IMG/VR virus record: IMGVR_UViG_3300030106_008084
Location: 1-56,482 of that record
Strand: one strand, 5' to 3'
Source: a virus
Lineage: Duplodnaviria; Caudoviricetes
Length of the DNA: 56,482 nucleotides
This document shows positions 1-9,316 of the stretch, in pieces (position 1 is the stretch's first letter; each line of letters starts with the position of its first letter). Below the pieces are notes generated by a model. That model worked only from the letters and a program-made list of their open reading frames with translations, did not search any database and was not told where the DNA came from. The position numbers and the translations under genes were made by a program.

Positions 1-572
1 CCAAAACCTCTAAACTTTAGATTAAATCCTAACCAACTATCTTTTCTACAAGTGAATAATCCAAGTCCCATAGCTTCGATCTCAAAAGGTTTTGAGTCCA
101 TTGATTCTCCACGTTTATCACATCCCCATTGTCCCCACATATGTGATCCCCATACACTTAAATCAAAATGAGTACTATAACCTTCTAAATCATCATACAA
201 TAATGGCCCATGGAGTAAATTACCTTCATCTTTACCTTTATCGTAGTAATCTAATAACCTCTTTAATGCGCCATTAGCTAGTAGAACGTGACAGTCCATT
301 ACTAAAACATACTCTGTGTTAGCTAATCCAAATATTTTATCTCTTAACGCAGTTGATGCAAAATTATCATACTCGATATATGTTATTGGTTCTTTAATCC
401 AGTTTTTATAGCCATGTAGTGCTTTACCTTGTGGTGATTCTGGATTATTGTTTATAATAACGAACTCTAGTCTATCTATAATATCTCTATTATGCAGTCT
501 TAATGACTGTAGAGTAAAGTAAGCGCCGTCATAATCATCGTATACACAAATACCAATTGTGAGTTTAGTCAT
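1..572 (-). CDS. GT-A fold glycosyltransferase (GT2/GT27/GT60-like, DxH motif), truncated at window edge; not in ORF track
   Basis: Manual translation from ATG at 572: MTKLTIGICVYDDYDGAYFTLQSLRL...EFVIINNNP...LANTEYVLVMDCHVLL...EIEAMGLGLFTCRKDSWLGFNLKFRGFG, open to the window edge. Has the N-terminal GT-A strand, a DCH metal-binding motif (288-296) and a GLF..R...F.GFG segment. Confidence 0.85.
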   Translation of the reverse strand, partial: MTKLTIGICVYDDYDGAYFTLQSLRLHNRDIIDRLEFVIINNNPESPQGKALHGYKNWIKEPITYIEYDNFASTALRDKIFGLANTEYVLVMDCHVLLANGALKRLLDYYDKGKDEGNLLHGPLLYDDLEGYSTHFDLSVWGSHMWGQWGCDKRGESMDSKPFEIEAMGLGLFTCRKDSWLGFNLKFRGF

Positions 573-584
573 TAATAATAATTA

Positions 585-3500
585 CTACCACTTCAACACA
601 TTGCAACGAGGACCTCCTTTAGAATCTGGAGGACAGATTGTTGTAGGTAATCTTGGTGTAGTACCGGTAGTAACTGTAGTAGTAGTTGTACGTAACGGCG
701 GTGTTGTACGTAACGGTGGTGTAGTATCTGGAAAATCTGGAAACTCTGGAGGATCTTCTGCATCACCAGGAACTATTATTACTTCTGGCTCTTGTGGTTG
801 TGGAACCGGTCCACCAGGTCCAGGTCCAGGAGGTTTGTTAGTTTCTGGGCAGGGGCAACATTCACACATTTCCCAACCTAACCCTTTATCACCCGGTTCT
901 AAAGCACCAACACCTAACTTAGCAGGTTTGTCTTCATTTTGTGGGTTGATAGCCGGGTCATTAACATGAGCTAAAACATCTATAGCAGGGTTTAACATTG
1001 GATTTTTGTTAACAAAATCTTTGTCTATAACCTTAAAACAAATAGGTCTACATGCTTCATTACAATCTTCATTAAAGTTTTTAGCAACATCCTTTAAATC
1101 TTTATCTGGCTGAAAAAATTGACCGTCTTCATTTTGAAAAGATTTTAGTTTATCACCATCAGTAATATCTTCTCTTGCAAGCTCGTTACCTTCGGCAGGA
1201 CCAGTCCAGTTATCATCATTTTTAATTAATCTTTCACGCTCTAGAGCTTCATTTATCTCATTTAAAGCTTCATCTACAGGTCCCTGTTCTCCAAAGAGAG
1301 CTAGCTCTTCTCTTAAAGCTTTTTCAAACCACTCAGGTCTTTCTATATCTTCCGGAGCTTTTCCGGGATTAGCTTCTTGAATTTGCTGCTCTCTAAGTAA
1401 TATTTCACGCACTCTGTCTACTTCTTGTGGACCTATTATTTCTCCTCTCTCACCATGGAGAAGGTTTCCACCTAATACACGTTTTACAATTCTCTCTCTT
1501 AAAGCATTAACATTACCTTCAGCTATGTTAAAATCGATTGCTGCTTCATTTACGTTTATTTCAGCATCAATTACCTGGTATTGTGCGTCTTCTACTGCTT
1601 GTTCGAATCCTCGTCGGAGATCTGCTGGTAAATTACCAAAGCCACCTACATCACTAATTCCCTGATCTAACCGGTCATTAGCTTCTTGTAATTTTTCTCT
1701 AGCTGCTATTAATTCATCACTAGCTTCTTTTCCTTTATCAAAAGCTTCTTGTATTACTTCATCAACAAAACCATCCAATACGAAAGGAGGTGGCTCACAG
1801 CAATAAGTCACCACCATATCATCTTTTACATCTATTCTTACTCCATCATCAGCTGCAGGGTCTTGTAATGCCATGCCTAAGAATGTAAATATATTTTGTC
1901 TTCTATTATCCCAGAACCAACATATATCACAATTAGTAGGAGGACAACATGGGCAACATTCACACTCTTCCCAACCATCACCTCGTCGGAATCCTTTTTC
2001 TTCGTTAACTATTTTACCCCCAGCTGTATCTTCAGATGGTCTAACTTCTTTATGAGCATTTACCCAATCAGCATCATGGATAAAATAACATCTTCTAGAA
2101 TCACGATCCTTAAACTCTGCCTGCCATTGTCTAATTCTAGCTTCTAATGCACCTCTTTGCTCTCGAGGTATATCTAGCATTTCTTGACTTGCTTTTAGTC
2201 TATCATTTTCTAATCTAGCATAAGCAACTTCTCTCTCATCTTTAGTTCCTTCAAATTCAGGTCCTTCCCAAAATACACCACCTTCTTCAGCTACACCATC
2301 ATATGGACGAAGATAATTGTTTATTGCATCTTCATAAAACCATTGACCTTCTCTTTCTGCTGGAGGTGAACATTCCGGTACGCAACACGGTGTAGTTGTA
2401 GAAGTAGTAGTACTTGTAGTACTAGTACTAGTACTTGTTGATGTACTAGTAGATGTAGTAGAGGTAGTAGAGGTAGTTGTTGTCGTTACCGGTGGGGTAG
2501 TAGTAGATGTAGTTGTACTAGTCGTAGTTGTAGTAGTTTTATCTGGGGGACAGCAAGGACATTCTTCCCATCCAGGAGTAATTCCGATAATCTTACCCTC
2601 TTCATCAATCTGTACTGGTGGGTTACAAAGAGCTGACATGTCATCTACATCAGAACTTGATCGTTCTATAGCTTTTATATCTACTAACTTATAACACTTA
2701 CCATTATAACTTACAACAATAGGCTCTCCTTTTTCTAAGGCGTCTTCAACAAACCCTACTGGGTCATTATTACCATCAAGCCAACCCATATCTTGAAATA
2801 TGTTATTGTTTGCAGATTTATCACCACTTTCTTCAGCTGCTTCGCGATCCTCTTTGCTTATTTCAGCCATACGTTCGTAATATTTGTCAATATCGCCGTC
2901 TTCTAAATACTGTTGATATGCCTCATTAACTCTTTCATCTGTTCTATCTAAATTACCCGGGAACCCTGGGTTAGGTCGATTAAGTCCTGGAGGTACAACA
3001 TCTTCAGCAGAAACATCTGGTTTTATAGGATCTAAACCACCACCAGGAACTTGATCAGGATTATTTTTTGATTGATCCCCGTCGATGCCAAATTCCTCCC
3101 TAAGATCATCATTTACGGCATTAATATCACCTAGTAATTCTTCTACTTGTTGCGGACTTACACCAGATTCAAAGTTTCCATCTTCATCAACAAGTCCTAA
3201 TAACCTTATTAAATAAGTACTATTTAAATCTCGTGCACGGTCCAATTCAAATAGCTTATCCTTTTGTGGACCTGGCTCAAAATCCGATGCAGGTCTAAAT
3301 CGATCCCTACTACCTTCTACTAACAAATTATTATCTCTAGCTTGTTGTAGTATAGCCTGGTTTACCCAACCATCCGTACTTGCATCTGCAATAGCTTGAT
3401 TGACTCTATCTTGTAACGAACTAGGTGAATTATTATTAGCTGGGACTCGTGTTAATCTAACTGCAGTAGGCTCTAAACCACCACCAGGCATGCCAGCAGC

Positions 3501-6314
3501 TCCTTCTTGTCCTGCATTACCTCTTGCCCCTGCATTACCTGGTATTTGTAATAAGAAAGAATTTGGCCCAGTTTGTTGCAAGTTAGCATTTTTTACTGGT
3601 TGAATAGTATTAGCAGTATTAGCCCATACCCCAGGGTTATTATCTAACATGTTATATGATGAGTAACCACCATAACCACCAGGGCTCGGTGTATTACTTG
3701 GAGCAGGCGTATTACTTGGAGCAGGGGTATTTCCTGATGCAGGGGCTGGTGTATTTGTTTCAGCATACACATCTTCAATATTTTCTACTGGCTTGTGCGT
3801 GTAACCAAGGTTTTGAAATTTTAAATGCTGTTCATATGTACCTGCCCAATAAGCATACCCATTACTATCATACATATAATGAGGTTCAAAAGATTGAGAT
3901 GTAGGATATGGGTTACTACTATTATTAGTAGGACTTGGAGTTGAATCTTGTGATAATGCTGAAATTACATCGACATATGGTGATGGTCTCATCGTCTGAG
4001 GCCCTTGAGTTGTTGTACTTGATGTAACAACTACATTAGGTGCTTCTGTTGATGTAACTACTGGAACAGGTGTTGTTGTTGTAGCAACTATCGGTGAAGG
4101 TGTTGTAGTTGCTGGAGGTGCTAACGGAAAAGGAGTAGTAGTTACTTTAGGATCAGGAGTTGTTGTTGAAGTGGTCGTCCTAGGTGGTAGAGTTGGTCTA
4201 GGTCCTCCAAATAAAGGTGTAGTAGTAACTACTTGTACAGGAGCTCTAGTAGTTGATGTAGTTACTCGAGTAGGAGTCATTGTAGTTGCAGGCGGCGCTA
4301 ACGGAAAAGGAGTAGTTCCAGCTCTAACTGTTGTAGTGGTAGGTTTTGGAGTAGTAGTTATAACAGGTTTTTGAGTAGTTGTGGTAGTGGTAGTTGGCTT
4401 TATTGTAGTTGTAGTTGTTCCTAAACCATCTAAAATATCAGGATCTTCTTCTTCACTATCTTCTTCACTATCTTCTTCATCTGTAGTTTCAGATAATAAT
4501 TCTGTAAACTCAGCAGCGTTAACGGTATATCCTGTTGAGAAACCTAAAACTTCATTATCAACTCTATCTATAAGAGAATTAAGTGTATTTATACTTGTAG
4601 TACCTCCAGTAAATTGAGCTTGAACTAAAGCAGTAGAGGTGATACCAGCTAAAATAGCTTCGTTGTTAGCAACGAAAAAGGTTGGACTGCTTGAGTCACC
4701 TAATACAATCTCACCGCCCCATCCATTATCAGCTAACCCATTAAGGTTATCACTGTAATATGCTAAACTATTATCAAAAGGAGATTCTGAAGGATCATTT
4801 AATCTTGCAAAAGCGCTTCTAAATAATAACCCTTCTTCTTGTTGATTGGTACCCCATAACAACCCATTAAAATCTACCTTATACCTACCCTCTACTTCTT
4901 CTCCTGTAGATATTATTTGACCATCACTTTTAGTAGTACCACTGCCTGCTCTAGTTAAATCTGAGTTAGGAATCTGACTCAAAATGTCTGTTGGCATTAC
5001 CCTCAATATTTCAACACTACTAGGTAAGTCTTCATCTAAAACACTTATATTATAATCTCCTTCTCTTGGAAATTGACCAGATACGTTACCTAACATAGTA
5101 CGCTCAACTGAATTATTATCTTTGTCTATAAAACCTATTTTATTTCCAGGAGTTAAATTATGAAATCCTACATGTCTAGATATTAATACATGTCGTGGTG
5201 TAATAGCTACACCATGATGCCTTAACCACCGTTGTGTAGGTAGATCAGATCCAGGTTCACGCTTTAAATATGGACTTATACCTGTTATACCTTTTAAATC
5301 TTTGCCCCAAAATTCTTCATTTCTTGTAAATCGTCCTATATTTCGGTTATTATAATTTGTAAATAAATTTTTTGTATTAGGACCCGGCTCAAGCCCACTA
5401 ACTAGTGCTTGAATTTCTTGAGTACTTTTATCTGAAAGTGCCGCTATAGGATTATAACTTGAAGTACTTCCTACATTAATAGGACCGGGTGGTATTACAG
5501 GCTCTGGTGTATAAACATCTAAACGCTGTACAATAATATTCCATGGAGCAGCTGAATCTATAGCTACACTTTCTAAATCATCACCTACATAATATGTATT
5601 TAAAGATCCATTAGCAGATACTATATATCTTACAGGGTCTGAATTAGTATCCCAATCTTCTACATCCACGTCCCAAGTACCTGATGGTATAGTAACTATT
5701 CCAGTATCAGGATTTATGCTTACACTAGCCATAGAAGGCGTTATTGGGCCTCCAATACCGGTTTCACCTTCTGTTCCTAATGGCCCTACAACACCCGAAG
5801 TGCCTGTTATAGTACTAGGAGGGGAATTCCTATTCCAATACCATTCACCTCGAGGAGGGCAACACTCTGTTGTAGTACTAGTAGTTGTAGAAGAAGTAGT
5901 ACTTGATGTAGAGGTTGATGGTGTTGTGGAAGATGTTGTCGTACTAGTAGTACTTGTTGTGCTTGTAGTACTAGTACCTTCATCTGGAGGACACTCAACT
6001 ATAATCTCTTTACAGCAACCACAGCTTTCAATCAAAGCGTAAAGTATTTTGGTTCCATCTGGTTGTATTACCGCGGCTCCTGTTAATTGTAATCCATTAG
6101 GAGGATCAAATGGATTCTTATGATTTCCATGTGGATCATTTTCATGCCATACAAACTCTTTTCGGGGACTAGTTTGATCATGCATATATATCCTATAAAG
6201 AGGACCATTACCACTTATATTGTAAATGATAATTAAATCCTTTTCACAAAATGCTTCATACTCAATTTCGAAACCTGCTCCGCAAGATGATGTAACTGTT
6301 CCAGAATCGCTCAT
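585..6314 (-). CDS. Very large mucin-like virion/surface protein with Thr/Ser/Pro tracts, Cys-rich modules and a trypsin-like domain
   Basis: 1909-aa ORF with several poly-T/S/P tracts and repeated GWEEC(E/P)CCP motifs. Motifs GVAITPRHVLISRH, GDYNISVL and LGDSSSP resemble an S1 protease. Lies at the end of the tail-fibre gene block. Confidence 0.7.
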   Translation of the reverse strand: MSDSGTVTSSCGAGFEIEYEAFCEKDLIIIYNISGNGPLYRIYMHDQTSPRKEFVWHENDPHGNHKNPFDPPNGLQLTGAAVIQPDGTKILYALIESCGCCKEIIVECPPDEGTSTTSTTSTTSTTTSSTTPSTSTSSTTSSTTTSTTTECCPPRGEWYWNRNSPPSTITGTSGVVGPLGTEGETGIGGPITPSMASVSINPDTGIVTIPSGTWDVDVEDWDTNSDPVRYIVSANGSLNTYYVGDDLESVAIDSAAPWNIIVQRLDVYTPEPVIPPGPINVGSTSSYNPIAALSDKSTQEIQALVSGLEPGPNTKNLFTNYNNRNIGRFTRNEEFWGKDLKGITGISPYLKREPGSDLPTQRWLRHHGVAITPRHVLISRHVGFHNLTPGNKIGFIDKDNNSVERTMLGNVSGQFPREGDYNISVLDEDLPSSVEILRVMPTDILSQIPNSDLTRAGSGTTKSDGQIISTGEEVEGRYKVDFNGLLWGTNQQEEGLLFRSAFARLNDPSESPFDNSLAYYSDNLNGLADNGWGGEIVLGDSSSPTFFVANNEAILAGITSTALVQAQFTGGTTSINTLNSLIDRVDNEVLGFSTGYTVNAAEFTELLSETTDEEDSEEDSEEEDPDILDGLGTTTTTIKPTTTTTTTQKPVITTTPKPTTTTVRAGTTPFPLAPPATTMTPTRVTTSTTRAPVQVVTTTPLFGGPRPTLPPRTTTSTTTPDPKVTTTPFPLAPPATTTPSPIVATTTTPVPVVTSTEAPNVVVTSSTTTQGPQTMRPSPYVDVISALSQDSTPSPTNNSSNPYPTSQSFEPHYMYDSNGYAYWAGTYEQHLKFQNLGYTHKPVENIEDVYAETNTPAPASGNTPAPSNTPAPSNTPSPGGYGGYSSYNMLDNNPGVWANTANTIQPVKNANLQQTGPNSFLLQIPGNAGARGNAGQEGAAGMPGGGLEPTAVRLTRVPANNNSPSSLQDRVNQAIADASTDGWVNQAILQQARDNNLLVEGSRDRFRPASDFEPGPQKDKLFELDRARDLNSTYLIRLLGLVDEDGNFESGVSPQQVEELLGDINAVNDDLREEFGIDGDQSKNNPDQVPGGGLDPIKPDVSAEDVVPPGLNRPNPGFPGNLDRTDERVNEAYQQYLEDGDIDKYYERMAEISKEDREAAEESGDKSANNNIFQDMGWLDGNNDPVGFVEDALEKGEPIVVSYNGKCYKLVDIKAIERSSSDVDDMSALCNPPVQIDEEGKIIGITPGWEECPCCPPDKTTTTTTSTTTSTTTPPVTTTTTSTTSTTSTSTSTSTSTSTTSTTTSTTTPCCVPECSPPAEREGQWFYEDAINNYLRPYDGVAEEGGVFWEGPEFEGTKDEREVAYARLENDRLKASQEMLDIPREQRGALEARIRQWQAEFKDRDSRRCYFIHDADWVNAHKEVRPSEDTAGGKIVNEEKGFRRGDGWEECECCPCCPPTNCDICWFWDNRRQNIFTFLGMALQDPAADDGVRIDVKDDMVVTYCCEPPPFVLDGFVDEVIQEAFDKGKEASDELIAAREKLQEANDRLDQGISDVGGFGNLPADLRRGFEQAVEDAQYQVIDAEINVNEAAIDFNIAEGNVNALRERIVKRVLGGNLLHGERGEIIGPQEVDRVREILLREQQIQEANPGKAPEDIERPEWFEKALREELALFGEQGPVDEALNEINEALERERLIKNDDNWTGPAEGNELAREDITDGDKLKSFQNEDGQFFQPDKDLKDVAKNFNEDCNEACRPICFKVIDKDFVNKNPMLNPAIDVLAHVNDPAINPQNEDKPAKLGVGALEPGDKGLGWEMCECCPCPETNKPPGPGPGGPVPQPQEPEVIIVPGDAEDPPEFPDFPDTTPPLRTTPPLRTTTTTVTTGTTPRLPTTICPPDSKGGPRCNVLKW
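682..722. repeat. 18-bp tandem duplication encoding TTPPLR x2
   Basis: gttgtacgtaacgg(c/t)ggt occurs twice in tandem inside the mucin-like gene. Confidence 0.7.
3680..3752. repeat. Imperfect tandem repeat encoding NTPAP(A/S)
   Basis: gtattacttggagcagg repeated; protein reads NTPAPASGNTPAPSNTPAPSNTPSP. Confidence 0.65.
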
Positions 6315-6315
6315 C

Positions 6316-7215
6316 TTACACGCTTCTAGCAGTTATATTACTAACCGTAGAAACCGCAGTCTTGGGATTTACCGGGATCTCAGCACTAGTAATTGTTTCA
6401 GTTAATACAGTCGACCCTTCATATCCTTCAATATGAAAGTTCTTCAAATAAAATTCTTTTGCACTTAAATTAGCGTTTGTAGAAGAAATAGGTGTAGTAA
6501 AAGCAAAACCACAAAACAAATCATCAAGATTACTATAATTTTGTAATCTAAATCCTAAATTAATAGTAGTAAGAGGAGTAAATTCTGTTGTATTAGACTC
6601 ATGAAAATCTATTAACAGCTTTTGACCTAAGTTTATATATCTAAATCGTAGAGTTCTAAATGTATCTGTTGATAAAGTACTAAAAGCAGTAGATATAGAT
6701 GAAAGACTGTGGTTGTAAATTACATTATGATTTAAATCACGTAATATAAGTGATTGTTTATTAACGTGTGTTAGTCCAACACCGGTGCGTCCGTCTCTAC
6801 CAGATAAAGCGTAAAAGCCTGAAGAATCAAAAGCTATTTTAAGTAATAAACCACTCAATTCATTAACATCAGTGGTTAAGTCAATACCACCTTCTGTAAT
6901 AATGTTAACATTGCTTTCAGATGTAATTACACCACCAGATAGAATTAATGCAGGATCTTGATCACCTATGTATTGACCAGGTAGAGATGAGATTGGGGAT
7001 GATAAAGTAGATAAAAAAGTAGAAAAACCTAACTGGTAATTATCTGGAATATTAGCTCCGGATAATATATTATCTTCATAGTTACTAGTAAGTCTTGGTA
7101 ATTTGTATTGGAATGACCATACAATATCATAATTAGAATTATAACGCTTTTTAGTTTCTAAAAAAGTGTAATATCTTGAAGAATTAGGTAAAACAATGTC
7201 ACTAGGAAAGCCCAT
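6316..7215 (-). CDS. Virion protein, probable ConA/L-type lectin-like beta-sandwich
   Basis: 299 aa; segments LKIAFD, TLRFRY, FCGFAFTT and FYLKNFHIEG follow the legume-lectin strand pattern; TAAATA just upstream. Confidence 0.45.
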   Translation of the reverse strand: MGFPSDIVLPNSSRYYTFLETKKRYNSNYDIVWSFQYKLPRLTSNYEDNILSGANIPDNYQLGFSTFLSTLSSPISSLPGQYIGDQDPALILSGGVITSESNVNIITEGGIDLTTDVNELSGLLLKIAFDSSGFYALSGRDGRTGVGLTHVNKQSLILRDLNHNVIYNHSLSSISTAFSTLSTDTFRTLRFRYINLGQKLLIDFHESNTTEFTPLTTINLGFRLQNYSNLDDLFCGFAFTTPISSTNANLSAKEFYLKNFHIEGYEGSTVLTETITSAEIPVNPKTAVSTVSNITARSV

Positions 7216-7233
7216 GTATTTATATTTAATTAC

Positions 7234-7446
7234 TCAACCTCTTATAAAAGTACAGGTCAAAGAATTAGTTGACTCTAACTTTGTTCGAAAAACTAAAACA
7301 TATCCGAGTTTTGCAAGTTCTCTAAATACAATACCAAAATAGTCTTCATGAACATTAACTAGTATACTATCAAAGTCATCATCATATAAGACGAAGTCAG
7401 AGAACTCTTCGCACAGCGAACTGCCTCTCTGATAACTAGCTTTCAT
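7234..7446 (-). CDS. Hypothetical protein
   Basis: 70-aa ORF co-oriented with neighbours; TAAATA-N5-ATG upstream. Confidence 0.65.
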   Translation of the reverse strand: MKASYQRGSSLCEEFSDFVLYDDDFDSILVNVHEDYFGIVFRELAKLGYVLVFRTKLESTNSLTCTFIRG

Positions 7447-7454
7447 ACAAGTAT

Positions 7455-7622
7455 TTATTCTTTAAATACTTGAATTATTTCTTCTATCTTATCTAAAAGC
7501 ACCTTAGTTTCTTCAAGTTCTTTTGATTGATCAGGAGAAAATGTAGTATTATCTTTTAAGATATTTTTTAAGATAACAAAATCGTAGTAGTCTAGTCCTT
7601 CGACAATAACTTCATCGGTCAT
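7455..7622 (-). CDS. Small hypothetical protein (55 aa, not in ORF track)
   Basis: MTDEVIVEGLDYYDFVILKNILKDNTTFSPDQSKELEETKVLLDKIEEIIQVFKE*, fills the intergenic gap. Confidence 0.6.
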   Translation of the reverse strand: MTDEVIVEGLDYYDFVILKNILKDNTTFSPDQSKELEETKVLLDKIEEIIQVFKE

Positions 7623-7655
7623 ATACAGATTTATGTATATAATTAATTATATCAA

Positions 7656-9299
7656 CTATGACCACTCAAACTTAACCATACCAGGGCCTACGCAGTATGT
7701 AGGAGGCCCATTTCCATTTTCACCACCGCCACCGGCTCCAGGAGCTGGAGCTGAACCCCAGAAGGATGAAGCTCCTAATGCGTTGTGATTAGCATCAACA
7801 TTTACTATACCACCATATCCGCCAGTTAATACATGACCTGTTACTACATACTCATTTCCAGTATTTATAGTACCTTCACCATGTAAAGGTATGTTACCCG
7901 GAGATGTTCTGCCTCCATTTGATACAGCAAGGTTACTACCATCCTGACTTATTAGACTTTGATTACCATTAGTATTAATACCTGTTGGATTAGTTCCAAC
8001 AACAACGTTAAATACAGTACCAGCAGGAGCAGATATATATCCTGTTATAGTTGATGCAGCTCCGCCAACTCTATTGCCTCCTGTTGCACCAGATCCTGTT
8101 ACATGAAACTTAACAAACTCTATTCCATTCGGCATAGTAAACCCATTTGCAAAAGTACCTGGTGTTGTTAATATACAATTACCAGGAGTAGCACGTTCAA
8201 TCTTTATTGCTCCGCTTAACGGGTTGAATGATACACCAGTAAAGTTTTCTGAATTTACAAAAGCAGATAAATTTTTACTCACTGTAAGTGTTGGGCTAGT
8301 GACTCCTCCTACAGCTTTTATTATAAACAATGTACCGGTGGCTGATAGTAGAGAGGTTACAGAAGTAGAGTCATTACTAGTAGTAACTTGATATAATGTA
8401 CTGTTTAGTGGATCATCTGAACCATATAAAGCTTTTCGTGTTAAATCAGGTACATTAAATGTAGCTCCACCTACTGCTGTTAAATTGCCTCCATATGCGG
8501 TAGTAATTACTGCTGATAAATCAGGATAATCGGCACCTCTTACAGCTCTACCATCACAGGGTAGCCAACCATTTGGAAAATATTCATTACCTGCTGTAGA
8601 AACATAAGGTACAATTGTTCCTGTAGGTATTAGAGCTGCAGTTGTCGGAGCAACACCAGATGTAATTATGCCTGGAGTGCCCCATTTAAGTTCTCCAGCT
8701 GCATTAGATTCTAAGAAAGAGCTATTTTGAGGTGCACCTCCTGGAAAATTATAATCTATTTTATTAATTTTAAGTTTAGAAGGTATAGTAAAATAATCTG
8801 CTGTATCTGTAGATTTTTGAAGTATACCATCAGTTACAATAGTACTACTTAAAGTAATTCGATTACTTCCTAACGTAATACTTTCACCTAAAGCATCTTC
8901 AGAAAAATTACCTGCAGAAAGAGTACCTACCGTAATACCCTCAGAAACACTTATATCAATTGTAGCATCTCCAGCAGAATTATTAGTAGCTACTTTTTGC
9001 CAATCAGTAATTATGTTACCGTTTCCTGATACACATAAATATAAACTACTATTATCTGTATCATAAGCGTAATCACCTATCTCTACAGGAGCTAATGTAG
9101 TAACATCACTAGCTCTACCTTTATATTTGTTACCTACTAATGTACCACCTTCAGTAGTACCATCTCCAATAAACAACCGCTTAGTATCAGTAGTATAACC
9201 TAGCTCTCCACTGTCTAAAGTAATTTGTTGCCTATCAAAGTTAGTACCTCTTCTAACTAAGAGTTTTAATAAAGTGTTTTCTAATATTTCTATACCCAT
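7656..9299 (-). CDS. Tail fibre protein (Mtd_N-like N-terminus, tail collar domain, Gly-rich C-terminal domain)
   Basis: KLLVRRGT..LDSGELGYTTDTKRLFIGDG; collar motif IPTGTIVPY..PNGWLPCDG..YPDLSAVI..FNVPDL. Confidence 0.8.
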   Translation of the reverse strand: MGIEILENTLLKLLVRRGTNFDRQQITLDSGELGYTTDTKRLFIGDGTTEGGTLVGNKYKGRASDVTTLAPVEIGDYAYDTDNSSLYLCVSGNGNIITDWQKVATNNSAGDATIDISVSEGITVGTLSAGNFSEDALGESITLGSNRITLSSTIVTDGILQKSTDTADYFTIPSKLKINKIDYNFPGGAPQNSSFLESNAAGELKWGTPGIITSGVAPTTAALIPTGTIVPYVSTAGNEYFPNGWLPCDGRAVRGADYPDLSAVITTAYGGNLTAVGGATFNVPDLTRKALYGSDDPLNSTLYQVTTSNDSTSVTSLLSATGTLFIIKAVGGVTSPTLTVSKNLSAFVNSENFTGVSFNPLSGAIKIERATPGNCILTTPGTFANGFTMPNGIEFVKFHVTGSGATGGNRVGGAASTITGYISAPAGTVFNVVVGTNPTGINTNGNQSLISQDGSNLAVSNGGRTSPGNIPLHGEGTINTGNEYVVTGHVLTGGYGGIVNVDANHNALGASSFWGSAPAPGAGGGGENGNGPPTYCVGPGMVKFEWS

Positions 9300-9316
9300 T
9301 GTTTTATATATTTAAT

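Noticed and set aside
92-6042. Plus-strand Val/Gly-rich ORFs (559-969, 4171-4374, 4381-4617, 5716-6042 and others)
   Set aside because: Antisense shadows of the Thr/Pro codon runs in the mucin-like and glycosyltransferase genes.
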